Below are positions 38,101 through 53,100 of a stretch of 64,000 nucleotides of DNA, in pieces. Source of the DNA: Bugula neritina (taxonomy: Eukaryota > Animalia > Bryozoa); the NCBI GenBank assembly GCA_964035545.1, contig OZ037772.1, forward strand, positions 9,479,150-9,543,149, given 5' to 3'. The notes under the pieces were generated by a model, which saw nothing but the letters and a program-made list of their open reading frames with translations, had not been told where the DNA came from and did not search any database. Within the stretch, counting starts at the first letter, position 1. Every line of letters begins with the position of its first letter. The position numbers were made by a program, and so were the translations under genes.

Positions 38101-41100
38101 TCCTTAGCCTGATTTAACAAAAACTCCTTCCATCAGGTGTTTTCTAACAGGGATAGTGACTATAAACTTGCGTAGGTTTTTTTATGACACACCAACGAGT
38201 GTCACATTATCTGTTGGAACAACTAAGATAACATATGACCCAACCAAATGTCTATTGTGTCATATGACATAGGAATAAGCTTAATATATTACATAATATA
38301 TAGCATTAATATATTATTCTGCCTCCTATCTCTTGACATTACTGCGGGCAGATAACCCTAGCATCTACAGGAAACCACTAAACAATTGATTCGTGTAGCG
38401 CTATTTGTTTTAAAAGTATGCATATAGATGGGCAGGTAGATACTAAAATATAACTCACCTTGATGACTAACACTGGCATCAACAGTGGGCTACGCAGCTT
38501 GAAATTTGCTATACGCAGCTTAGAGTTGTGGGTGAAACTTTGAACCCGACTCCAAACCTCAAACTACTGCACTCAATCACACCTAACTCAGTGCTGCTCA
38601 TAGCAAACTTCAAACAGCTTAGGGATGTATTTAAAAGTGAAGCCAGAACTCACCTGTATACTCTGGAAAAAGTTTGGGGGTCCATAGTATTGTCTCGCAC
38701 TGGCATCATGCTATTTAGTGAAGCTGAAGCTAAATCTACATGTAAATGTTTAGTAGATGCAGTTAGTTGTATAATATAAAATGTGCAGCAGGCTCAACAA
38801 CTAGCAACTACAGGCAGAAAACTAATACTAACAGTATGGCAGCAGCATCTGTTACACAATCACTATTGGCAGCATTTACTACAAATCAACTGCAATAATT
38901 ACTTTACTACTTGTGTTTAAAGTTGAAGATGCAGTGTAAATACAAACAAAAGACAAAGCATGCAGAAGAAAGACAACTCCTAAAGACATATTCAGCCCAT
39001 AAACAGAGGGAGGAGACAACTAACAAAATATTGAATCATGTACCAGTTTCGGAAAAAAAGCATCTCCTTGGGTTTATTGAGCCATGTACAATTTTGCCAT
39101 CTTTAGAATATGCTTTTTGTCAACACTATTTTGCTATTACCAAAATCACTATGGCCATAAAACCTTTCACCGGTCATACCACGTTCTTAATTATACAATA
39201 TCTAAAGCCAAAATGAAAACAATTACTTGGGCAAACTTAGAAGCTGGTGATAGCTGTAAACTTTATCACACCTGCCACATGGCATGGCAATGCCAGCTTA
39301 CTTGAAGTAATATTACTGAAATATATGTCTCTGTTAGTTTCAGGGAGTAGCCGTTGCCTAGGGGTCAGAGCGTTTGCCTAGTAAGCACGAAGGTCATGGG
39401 TTCAATCTCCAGTAAAGACCATTGGTGATGTTAGGAAGAGCATCCAGTCATAATTGCTCCTGCGTGTCTCATCTGAATAAGTCCTTAGCCAGCTTTAACA
39501 AAAACCCCTTCCATCAGGGGTTTCTCACAGGGACAGTGACTATAAACTTGCGTGAGCATTTATATGTTTCTGTTAGATAGAGCAAAAACATTTGTTATTC
39601 AGGTAAACATGCAGACCATGACCTATTGAAAAAAATCTAAAACCACTCTATTAGCCCCTGTATAAAAATTTACTTTTTTGAAAAACATCGGTTAAAATAT
39701 CAAGTACTTGTCTGTGGTTGCTTCTATTTTCCTACAGCTTTTATCACTGACTCAAATATTAAGTAACACATGAGCTCTTCTTGTAAATAAAGTTATTCTT
39801 GACTGACCCGCAACTAATGTGACTCAACATGAAAAGCTAAAAGTCAACCAATCAAACACAGCAGTGGAGACCTTTACATGGCCTTAGCTTTTTAATTTCG
39901 TTAATAAATTTAGGTTTGGAGTGAGGGGTTTGGGATGCAACTGGTTAACTAACTAGCACTATCATGCTTCAAAGGTTAAAATTAAATTGCCCATTGCAAG
40001 GTGTACCAAAAAGTTGATCTAGATAGGAATGAGGAGGTAGGCTAATATAAACAGTACAAATAAACAGACACAACAAAATAAACACACACACATCTATGGT
40101 GAACACTAGCGTAACGTAGAGGCTAAAATAAACAAAACTTGTGCATAAAAAGTAGATTTTGATAAATCAAATCAAGCAAAACTGCTGCCTTTGTTATATA
40201 AAAGTTCTGAAATGACTCGCTATTATTAGCCGAGATTTTCTTACTAATTTTGACGATTTCATCTATTTCAATTTAAACTGAGAATTAAAATTAAAAAAAT
40301 ACACGCACTGAATAAGCATATAGAAGCTATATCTTATATTTAAGCAGAATTTCTACGACATCAATGAAACTTAATGAACAATAGATGCCATTGTGCGATA
40401 GACTCGGCAAAATCAAACTGGCTGAGAAATGAAACAGCGGCTAAACAAGCTTCATGCTGACTTTAGCATGGCAGCGCATAGTAGCTGACAGGGCAGCGGG
40501 GTCTAACAAAGGCAGCAGCTAAAATACATGCACAGTTAATAGAAAGGCACTCATACCTGCACTATTAGTAGACGCATTGAATAGCATGAAGGAAAGGGGA
40601 GAAGATTCCGGAACTTCCGAACTCCTAGACGTGTTAGTAGTAGCCGTGCTGTTTACCACACTGTTTACTGTACCGTTCACCACAGGAAGTGAAATATCCG
40701 TAGCCTGAGTGTCATTACTAGTCTCGGCTCTCGGCATTCGGGGCGGAGTTTCGCCGCCGATAGATACCAGAATACCAAGGACATTTCTAGAAGGGTTAAC
40801 TTGTATTCCGATGTCGAGCTTACTTGGGCACGGCTCCGAGTTGCAGTAGTCGACCTGCTCGCTGAAGCCAATGCAGTCTCGCCCTCCGTGACTAGGCGGG
40901 GGGTTGTCACAGTCCCTTCTCCGGGCTCTCTGTCCCCCTCCACAGGATACTGAGCACGTCTCCCACGGTTGCCATCCGGACCACCCACCATGCTCTGTAA
41001 GCAATGACTCATACAAAATACCGCGGTGAGTGAGCACTAGCATCAATTTGTCTATAATTTTTATTTTTTTCAGTTAAATGTTTTTTTTTCATTCTCTACT

Positions 41101-44100
41101 AAATGTAACAAAACAAATAAACGGGAAGCAAGATAATCAACTTATACTGTCAAAATAATTTTCCGATAATCTTTAAGGCCAGCTACAGTGGTTGAAACAT
41201 ATCAGATGTTCTGAGTCAGATCACATGACAACAGTGGCTGAGAGATCAATGCTAGTACCTGGACAGGGTCCTTGATCACATTGACGTCTATCAGTATCTG
41301 CGCCGTTGCACGGTGATCCTCCGTTGGAAGGCGAGGGATCTGAGCAGAATCTGTACCTCTCTTGATAGCCAATCAGACAGGTGACACTGCACGGTTGCCA
41401 CGGAGACCACGGCGTCCACTTACCGTCAACTGTGGGTTTAATATAAGTCCATATTACAATCACAATAAGCAGTAAAAAAATAAACTATTTCCAGTTTAAT
41501 TTAATAATTAGTTTGCATTAAGAGATACCACTTAAAACAATATGGCTGCCCTAATTGAAAATTTTTTGCCTCACATATTTCACAAAATGGCAGCATTTTT
41601 ATTTCATTATTCAGAATATCATAAATATTATCAAAACGGTTTCAACAATTGAAAAAACAAATATAGTAGTTTATGTATACAAAAATGACTTTTATTTATT
41701 TATAATATTGAACTGTGAAACTCTGAAAACTTGCAAAATGCATCGACACAAACCTGGACAAGGAATCAGCTCACAAGGTTCGGCCTCCATCACTTCTCCG
41801 TCGCACGGTTTACCGCCATACTGAGGGGCGGGGTTATCACAGTACCGCCTTCTCACTCTCTCTGCATCGCCACACGTAGCGCTACACGACTCCCAGGGTA
41901 ACCAGCTGCTCCACCCTCCATCAACTGTATTAAAGAACCACAAGCTACGTTTAGCCCTCTCATTTGTTAGAAACTTATAAACTATTTAAAGAGAAACTCG
42001 ATCAAGACAAAGATGACATACAAGCATTTTGCCTACTTAAAAGAAAGAATGAAATTTATCCCAGAAACACAGGTCATGGTTTTTAGAAGACTGTACAAAG
42101 CAATCATTATATAAAATAAATTGATTGAAAATGTCCTTGTTATCCTTCAACACTCTGAGGAACTGAAGTTTGTAGACTACGTATTCACAGCCAACCATCA
42201 TTATATCTAGTTGGTAACTTCCTCCCTACCAGAACAATCTTTGAGGAGACAGGACTTCTGGCTGACACTCTCTCCAAGACAAGGCTGGCCTCCATTAGCT
42301 GGCGCCGGTTTCGTACATGACCTTGACCTAGCCTGTACTCCGTAGCCACACGAATGAGAGCACTGACCCCACTCACTCCAACTATCCCAGCCTCCATCAA
42401 CTAACCAATAAAATACGAAAGAATGAGACTATCTACTGAAATACTAGACAGTTTACCATGAAAAGTGTTGCAGTTACCTCAATAGAATTTGTATGACACT
42501 GAATTACAAACAAATTATAAATCATTTATCTTGCCAAGCAGTCAGCCACCTATAAGATGAGAATTGCAGTAGTTTGCTCAGTGGACAAACATCTTTCAAT
42601 GCATAAACGTTTTGTTAGAAACGAAACTAACTTTAGCACTTGAGTAATACTTAATATACATTTTCAGAGATACAAGACTGTTTAAAAGCAAAAAATAGAA
42701 TAAAAGTTGAATATTTATGTTAAATAGACACAACATCCGCCCACCTTTCACCAGAATGTTGACTTTCTTTAGAACAGAACCAATACTGTTGTTGGCGATA
42801 CAGAAGTAGAGACCAGAGTCTAGGAGCTGGGCTGCCACAATCTGGAGAGAGTTGTTCTGGAGCTGCGAGATCCGGTCGTCCGTGTCTTCTGCTGTGATGT
42901 TGATGTAGTCTCTCTTCCAACCGACAGTTGAAGTCGGCTCCCCTGATGCCTGGCAGTCAATCACTCTGGTGTCTGAGGAAGAGAAGAGAAACTTCTGACT
43001 GACACTACTGATGCATGTATGATGTTTCACTCCATGAAACGCAGTTCATTATCAACGTGATATATGTAGTATGTATGCTTCATGGTAAATTCAGCCAATT
43101 AATTTAGTTTGTAACGAGAAGAGAGAAAATATCCAGCTTCCATTTATAAAAACCAGTCTATTTTACCATTTTTAAAGAGCATCAACAAGACTGATACACT
43201 CAGATGTTTTATGACAAAAACAGAAAAGACAATTTGAGTGATCAAAATGCATTTCAATTCAGCATATCTATTCAACATACTATATCACTTTTTAGTTATA
43301 TTCTCATATAACTGAACAAAATAAAACAATATTATAATGATATCACTATAATAATGCCATATTAAAAATTTACTATATATGCTGTATCATGATGCAACTA
43401 TATTATTATGTTATAGCATCATATTACTATAATACCATATGTTTGGCAAGGGTAATATATATCGCATTACTACAACAAGAAATACCATATATTATCATGT
43501 GACCATACAACCATATTAAACATTGAAATTTGAACAGACCAAATACTACATTTCTTTGGTTTAAAAGAAAGGATCTTTAAAAACTTCTAGAATTCTGAAG
43601 TTCTAAGACACTTACATCCCAGGTTGATAACAACTTGATTGGGTGGTTCAATAAGGAATGTGGGCGGAGATCTAACAGTGAGGTAAGCCACACCCTCTGA
43701 TGTCCCGGCATCATTGGAAGCCACACATTTATATTCACCGGCATCATCACTCTAAAGAGAACACGTGAAAACTTGTATGACTTTATATCAGTGAAAATAA
43801 AAACGAATAAATACAGTGCTCCTTTTATATCCCACTAAGATACAGGTTCCAAAATCTCAATTCGTGACATAGTAGAATACCATATTTAACTCCTGGATCC
43901 ATTAAATTTGGCCATTTTGTCTCTATACACACATATATTATAAGCCACAAAACAGAGATTCAAGCCCTTCTCATGACCTATGAAATTTCGTTAGACATGA
44001 ATCAGTGAGAAATGGAGAGAGCACTGTACTATCAAATATTTTAATCTCTATGGAGTCACAAACAACTGTACCAGTTTTTCTAGTCCAAAACTTACAATAG

Positions 44101-47100
44101 AGTTTTTAATAACCAGGGATCCATTGTAAAGCTGCTGAATCCTGTTACTGAGCTGTACCGGGTAGCCATCTTTAGTCCATAAGATCTCGGGCAATGGTGA
44201 TCCTCCCACAGAGCAGTCCAGTATCACCTGAACACAGAACACTGCTTGAACCTTCAGAACTATTCAACTGAGAGTTAAAACTTTTCTTCCATAATTTTCA
44301 CTGACTTGCATATATGAGTTGCTACTTGAAACAAGCATTACTTGAAACTTGAAACTCAAACAACTACAAACCTTATAACATTTGAAACTTTTATTCATTA
44401 ATGTTCACTCACTATGAACTATCACTAGGCATGCAAAGTTATGTAAGAATTATCAAGAGAACAAGTGATAACTTGTAGGCAATTCATACATACAGTTTCT
44501 AGAAAATCTTTCAACAGAAAAGCTTAAAGATTTCTGACAAAACTGATAAAACATATTATAGTAATTATTGAATAATCACTCAGACAAACACACAGACAGA
44601 CAAAAAGACATACAGACAGACAGACACACAGAGAGACAGAGATACAGACAGACACACAGACATACTTACAGACAGAGAGACATACAGACAGACGGAGAAG
44701 CAGCTAACCTGATCAGCAATCTGTACAGCCGTATTCCCAGGAGCGACAATAAGTTTTGGAGGAATGTTGACCTTAGCTGTAGCGATGACCTTGGCATCCC
44801 CGGCAGCGTTCTCAGCTATGCAGGTGTAGGTGCCTGTGTCGCTGACTCTGGCGTCTTCCACTATCAGCCTGGAGCGGCCTGCCACGCTGCCAACACTGTA
44901 AATGAACAGTTTCAAGGATCTTAACAAATATTTCAAAAAACTGAATATTCTGCTACTCGTACAGGGACAAGGCAACTGTGGTCTAGGGGTTAGAGCTTTA
45001 GCCTAGTGAACACGAAGTTATGGGTTCCAACCCGGACAAAGGCCATTGGTGATGTTAGGAAGAGCATCCAGTCATAATTGCTCCTGTGTCACATCTGAAT
45101 AAATCCTTAGCCTGATTTCACAAAAACCTTTTTTATCAATGGTTTCTCACAGGGATGGTGACTATAAACCTGTGTGAGTGTTTTTACAGGACAAGGCTGC
45201 AGGTGAGCACATTAAAAAATCTGGATAGGATTGAACATTACAGACATGAAAGATATTTATATCAGCTGGAGAGGCATTTGAGACATTTGATTACATTTCA
45301 AAGAGTATGGAATAGAGTACTGCATTGGCTTACTAACAAATCACTTTGAATAAATCAGATTGTGGAATAAAGCACATGGTCTGTAGCTAATATCAAATAA
45401 CAACATTTTTTTGTTTCTTCATAAAGCAACAGCCTACAGATGATAAAAATGCAATGAATTCCTTTTCTTTACTGTCCACTACAAGTCACTAGATAGATAG
45501 CCAGCATTACATTGGCATATAATTAAAAGAGAAAAGAAGGAAGTGCTCGCTGTCTACAACTAGTGTCTCTTGAACCTCAGGCTACCTTGGAATGAGTGTT
45601 CCATTTAGTTTCCATACAATAGACGGCACAGGAATCCCTTCAGCCTCACACTGCATGTATATCCTTTGACCTTCACCCACTTCAACTGCAGACGGAGCGA
45701 CTATAATCCGTGGTGGCACTAAAATAATCAGCAGTTCAGTATTACTAGTGAATATGATTATATAGTAATATATATTACTAGTGAATATGATTATATAGTA
45801 ATATATATTACTAGTGAATATGGTTATATAGTAATATATATTACTAGTGAATATGATGATATAGTAATATATATTACTAGTGAATATGATGATCTAGTAA
45901 TATATATTACTAGTGAATATGATTATATAGTAATATATATTACTAGTGAATATGATGATTTAGTAATATACAACTAACATAGTACTATACAATTAACATA
46001 GTACATTATATTATTTGGTACTGTGTCATAATATACGAGAATTCTGACCTTGAACTCTAAGTGCAATCTCAGCGGCATCTTGTCCAGCCTCATTCGTTGC
46101 CTCACAGATATAAGTGGCGCTGTCACTCGACTGTAATGCAGACGAAACACAACTTACGCTGATGAAAATATTATACATTTAACGAGCAGTGATTTATGCT
46201 ACAATATATTAATATGATACGAATGAAAACTAATAAGACATTACTATTACTTAGTTGTCTGCATTTAAACTTAACCATATAAGGATTAATTGTGAAATTG
46301 CGTAAGATAATGGCAAGTTTGACTTTCACGAACTTTTAAATAATATGATTTCCTCAGTTATGACCTAATTAGATGTGCACCAAAAGTGCTATAGTTCGGG
46401 TATTGATCAGGACAGTTGATTGATTTCGGGTTCATATATTTCTTTGAGCATCATCGATGAGCTTAATACAATAGCGAGTCCATTTTGGAAAAGTGTAATC
46501 TGGTTGTTGAAATGATTCCTTGTAGCTGAGGTTCATACCTTGACATTAGAGATGGTAAGAACTCCGTCATCCCCAACCTTAAAGTTACCTCCAGTCTGTA
46601 TATCTATGAAGTTCTTCTGCCAGGATATTGTAGGCGGGGGAATCCCCTCCACTTCGCACTCTATTCTCACATCAGACTTCTGGATGGCCGTCACATACCT
46701 CTGGTAGTTTACGATGCGCGCAGCAACTGGACAAAAGGAAGGCATTTATTAGGAGAGCAGGTCTTATTTTATAAAACAGACAATGTATGTATATATAATA
46801 GAATATGTATATACCAGAGTGGAATATTTCATTGCTTTCATAAAAAACAAGATATTATCTGATGCAACTGATACTATGGTTCAATAATTGTTGCATTATT
46901 GTCTTGAAATATTGTATTGTATAACAACTATTGCATCACTGTATTATAATCATTGTATTACTCTGTTACAAATCATGCAAAAGTGTAAAACAGCTATTTT
47001 ATTACCAATTAATTTGTAAGCAAGGGCAACATTTTTACTAATTTCTGTAGCAGAAAAGTACAACTTTTGACGAAATTATTTTTTCAACTTCTGTTAATTT

Positions 47101-50100
47101 TTGTTAAAATTTACATTTTAATAGGTAAACAAAAATCATATCTCAATTTAAAAAAAAATAAACTGGGATATAATTGAGCGATGTAAAGCTCAAACCAGGA
47201 AAACACAAAAACAAATGACTAGGATACATCATAGAATATCTAGCTTACTGCACCTAGAAACTAAATCACATGCTATTTATACACAGTATTCAACCCTTTC
47301 CACACAACTAAAAGCACCTAAGACTAACTAAAACACATAGCTCTTAATTTAAACCATTATAAACTATAACAAACTGACCCAACACGTTGACTTGGAGTTG
47401 AACAACCGCAATACCAGCTTCATTCACAGCCTGGCAGGTGTAAACCCCTCTGTCTCCACTTCTGTATAACACAACCAACCACTGAAACTGTGACCTTGTA
47501 TCTTATAGATATATAAGTATGATACCAAGTTTAACACAAGATAAAAATTTACTTAGATCAGATATCTAAGCTTAGTAGTTATTTAAGTTATGCAGATGAA
47601 AATGATATCAACATCCTTGTAAGTAAATTACAACCGGTATAATTGACCTAGTAGAAAGTAAAGGTGGTATAGCACATACATTCTAAGGTGGTATTCAAGA
47701 TATACAGACAAAAACGATTTGAGCAACACTGAATTCGTAGAGCTGCTATAACTGACCTATTAAAAGGTGAAAGTAGTACAACGCAGACATTCTCAGGTAG
47801 AACTGGAAGATCTAACCTATTCCCAGGTAGAGGGGAAAGATCTTTACTATTCCCAAGTTCAGGTAGTAAAGCCCACCTGGATATACAGGTACTGAACACT
47901 GAACTGACCTGGTAATTGGTATGGCGAGTCTCCCATCATGAAGAACTCTGAATCTGAAGTCATTTGGATCTATAGCCTCGCCATCTTTAGTCCAGCTAAT
48001 CTCTGGTTTGGGGATTCCCTGAGACACACAGGGAAGCTGCAGCTCCCGTCCCTCTATCACTCTGTACAGTGTGCGACCTGAGTCTATGGTTGGCTCAACT
48101 ATAAATATATCCAAATAAACAATATAAATATTATAATAAATATAAAATAATATAAAAATATCAATATAACTTATATATTCTATGTCATAAAAATAGATCA
48201 AACACTGGTATATTGCACATAATACATTATAGATATAATATATAATATATATTATATATAATATATAGTATATATAAAATACGTATATAATACCAGTATA
48301 TAGTATATATTATTTTATGAGATATTACATATGTATGATATATTAAAAAATATTACTATATAAAATATACTATTTTATGATACATTACTGCTTAAGTATA
48401 ATATGCATAAATATAACTGTTCATACTAATCAGCAGCAAAACCTAACCTGATCTTTAACATAAAATTAAGCCCCAACATGCTGAGATAAACTATTTTTTC
48501 ACTAAAGTTGATATACAACAGCTAGATGAGAAAGTATGAAGATGTGGTTTTACAAGGAAGAGGGAGATAGTTTTTAAATAGAGTGATGACATACGATTAG
48601 AATACAGTCGAATGTACCTAATACTTGAAGTTTAACCCGTCCAGTAGATGTGCCGGCAGGATTCTGGGCTATGCAGATGTAAGTCCCTGAGTCTAGGTTG
48701 GTCGCCTTTTCTATAACCAACGACTTGTCCACTTGTTCGGCTGCAAGATAGTATTTATTCACGTAAGTAGTTTATATATGTGCAGACAACTACCACCAGT
48801 TAACAAGTTACTTTTATAACTGGCCACCAATTTCAAATATAGTATTCACTTTAGAAAGACAATTCCAAAAAGACATATATTGGGACTTCGAAAACTGATT
48901 GTACAAAATACATGATCCATAACCATCTTAATCTGTGGGTCTATGTAATTTCAATTTTACTAAAACTTTTATTGACAAGCACACTTCACAGAGTGCATAA
49001 TTCTCTTCAAAAGCAATGCTGCAATTAATGGCAGAAAGAATACATTGATATCTTGATTTTACAAGCAAATTGTTAAATAAAAGTATGCGTTTCAGCAAAA
49101 ATATTGTATTATAACTCATTATAACGCACATTTGTACTGTTAATACAATATTTGCACATTGCATTCGACCATATTTCATATATTACTACATCAATGCAAT
49201 ATATGTGGCACTCACAGGGGTAATTCGCTACGATCCTGGTGCCGATCTGCCAAAGAACTCTTGGTGCAGGTGTACCCAGTACTTCACAACTCAGAGTAAC
49301 GCTCTCTCCAGATTTCACATTGACCTCTTTATACTGCTCTACGTGCTGTGGAGGTACTTGCACACTGCAGAAGATTGTATGTATCGTTAATTGTATACAG
49401 TATGATAGAAACTTGATAACAACTTTGTTACAGTGGCTTTTGTAAATTTTAATTGCAGTTCTTTAAGAGTTGTATAAAATCAATATCATGCCATATGATA
49501 TGCTATCAAATTCATATTATATCACAATAATATATTGTACCAATATTAAATCATATTGAAGGAGGAAAAACTATCAAAATGAAGCAGAGAAACATGTTGT
49601 ATCAGTCAATAAACATATGTGGGTCATTTTATCTAAGTTGGTACACACTGGAAATCTCCAGTTTTTAGCTACTTTTCACAATCTAGCTGCTAATGAACAT
49701 GGGTTTTTTTGTCCAAAACTAGTAAAATATCAATTAATACACTTGAATAATCAAAGTTCTTTTTAATTTTGCTTAATTTCCCATATTTTTTCCTAATTAT
49801 TTAGCTAATTTGGATTGCGAACCGTTACGAAAGGACTCACCTAAGTGTGAAGGACATGTTGGCAACTCCCGCCACGTTCTCCGCCTGACAAGTATAGTTG
49901 GCCGTGTCGGTGGGCTTCACAGAGGAGAACTCGAGGCTACCAGACTGTAGCATCCGGTATCTGAAAGAGACACGTGTGAGTGTATGGTGAGTATGAATAG
50001 GAGTTGTACTCCCACTGAGAGCATGAATAGGAATTGTATTCCCACTGAGAGTATGAATAGGAGTTGTATTCCCACTAAGAGTATGAATAGGAGTTGTATT

Positions 50101-53100
50101 TCCACAGTACTTAATTACAGAGTAAACCTGGAATAGACCTCGGTGAGGTCATTAGTCGCATCAGGAAGGGCATTCGTTCCTAATCGCTACTCGCGTAGTT
50201 TGAGGCAAAGTTTCAATAATCTACCTTCACCATCAGAGACTTAAATTGGTTGGCGATGATAGGAAATTGCTATTTTTAGTGGAAGCTCTATGACATACGT
50301 ATTGTTGCATAACATAGTTTAGCTAAAGCAATAGTAGGTAGTGAAAATTATATTCAACGAGAAAACAGAATGACCCTTATAGTAGAACAGACAACTCTCT
50401 ATATATTAGGAGTTGAACAAGAAGTTGTTCAGAGGGAAATTTCACAACCAATTTATAAATCCATCAACATATTTGTAAAAAACAATTCTTTCATTATACA
50501 AAATAAAACACAAATATAATATTCTCTAGACTAGTCTAGTACATTTGATAGCTCACCTCAGACTAGCTTCAGGATTCAGTTCTACACCATTTTTATACCA
50601 TGAAACAGTAGGGGTGGGTAGGCCCTGGGTCTCACAAATCAGCAAAGTTCTGGTTTTATCAGTAGCAGCTATGAATGTGTCACTTGGCTCAATAGTGGGA
50701 GGGACTAAAGCAATACAAGGCAACTATTGGCTGTTGGTCAAACATGGTTTACATAAACTACTATAAAATGGTGTGCAAGTGTAAAATCTTTACGTAAATT
50801 GTAAGAACTTTAAACTAAACTGTCACATTATAAAGTAATTGACACAATATTACAATTTTTCATACGCAGCAATATATTGTGTATGCACAGATAAGCAAAA
50901 GTGCAAAGTATATAATTTCTGCTCCATGACAATAAATGATGAACTGAAATTTAGCTGAAAGCTAAGAATCAGAATGAGATAAGTTTCAGTCAAAATGACA
51001 AATAGTTAAACTGCGAGTTGTTCAAAAGTTCCAAAGCTAACAAAATCCAAACAAAGAAAAAGCCTACCTAACACATCAATGGTGAAAACCTTCGTGTCAT
51101 TTCCGGCAGCGTTGGCAGCAAGACAGATGTAGGATCCGGCATCCAGAAGTTGGACGTCCATCAGTCTCAGCTGCTGACCGTTCTCTTGAATTCTAAGAAA
51201 GTGAATTTGAAATCAGCTGTGATGGCAGCTTATAAAAACGTTGGGTATTAAAACTTAAAACTTTTGATATTAGTAACTCAGCAAAAATATAAAACCTTTA
51301 GCAAATAATTTGGGCTGTATAAACCTGTAAAAATAATCATGAGAAGTTCTGGAATAACTGGATGAAACAAACATAACACCTATGAAGTTATTACAAACAT
51401 ATATTATAATAAGTATAATATATATCCATTATAATTTCATCTAATCAGAAACAAAATATAACAATATATAATTATTATGTATTTCAAAAGTATGTTTATA
51501 TTCATTATATTCCACTCAATTTATTTATTTATTGTATTATACAAGTATTCCATGTAGCTAGTTTCCTTCATTGCTTTCTCATTTCATATATATATATATT
51601 TATTTTAATTGAATATCATTGTACTTCACAGGAGTAGATAGTAAAGTTGCATGACTTCAGCTTCAACAATAAGCTAATAAGCTCACTAGACATGCAAGAC
51701 TGTAATTCCACATATATATGTATTTACCTACAAAAGCGCATTGAGCAAACAGATATATAACTAGCAAATATAAAATATGATAGCTAATGACTACACATCA
51801 GTGTATTTAAAACCTGCCTACCGAATGTTAGAGGACTCCCTTGGATCAAGAAGGTCGCCATCTTTAAACCAGGTGACTTGTGGAGGTGGAATGCCCTCAG
51901 CAGGACAGAACAGCGTGGTGGGTTTACCAACAATCACCGACAGATCTGTAATCTCTCCAGAGTCTGGTATGACGCTCGGAACTAAAGAATCAAAAGAACA
52001 ATTACTGCCAACTTATCAAGAACCTACAGACTCATACGGCAGTAACAACCAGCCATAATTCTGTTGAAAATCTGTCTTTTACATTTCACCCTCCGGCCTC
52101 TACTCCTATCACCCCTGTCACTCTTTACTCATGCTCACCCCCTGTCCCTCCACCTCTGCCACATCCTGTCACTCTACACCCCTGTCACCCCCTGTCACTC
52201 TATACTCCTGTCACCCCTGTCACTCTACACTCCTGTCACCCCCTGTCACTCTACACTTCTGTCACCCCCTGTCACTCTACACTTCTGTCACCCCCTGTCA
52301 CTCTACACTTCTGTCACCCCCTGTCACTCTACACTCATACTTACCGTACACGGAGAGAATAAAATCCTTAGAGATCTTTCCTGCAGGGTTGAGCGCCTCG
52401 CAGGTAAATCTACCTGCATCCTCCACTTGGACAGATATGATGTCCAGCAATTCTCCATCAAATGAGATTCTAAACACAGAGTAGCTCAGGGTAAGGGCAA
52501 GGCAGCTCACAAACTGAAGAAGTGTGAGCCAACAAATCCAGTGTTAAAAATCATAGAACAGAGTCTCTATGCATGAAAAAGTTCAGAGTGAGAAGACAAC
52601 TTCTAAATATATTTTGAGCTCTGCGGGCATGTAGATGTTAATAACAATATAATGAAGAGGACATTGAGTTTGAGTGAGTAATGTTATATATACCTGTACT
52701 GAAGGTTCTCCCTAGATATCTGAACACCGTCCTTGTACCAGTTAACCTGAGGTTTGGGTTCCCCATCCACTGGGCAGCTCAGGGAGAAAGCACTTTTCAC
52801 AACTGCTACTTTACGCACAGTTGAAGAAGTAACATTACGTTCAAACTCTGGTGGCACTGTAAACGTATAGACAGATATGGGTAGAGTTGAAGGTAAATTT
52901 AAGACTAGTTTAAAGGTGTGACATACCCTGAGAAATTGAAAAATGGAAACAGGATTTAAATATAATGGATCTAGTAGGGAAAAATAAAATTCTTTTCATT
53001 TATAAAAGCCTGGACCATAACTTTCGATCAATGATGAATTAATGTGAGAAAAAACAATATCAAAATATTTTCTAGCAGCTCCAGTTTCTTGCACTTGATC

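Noticed and set aside
38911-39305. Plus-strand 101-aa and 73-aa ORFs as a nested gene
   Set aside because: No recognisable domain, intron-like composition and no convincing splice chain.
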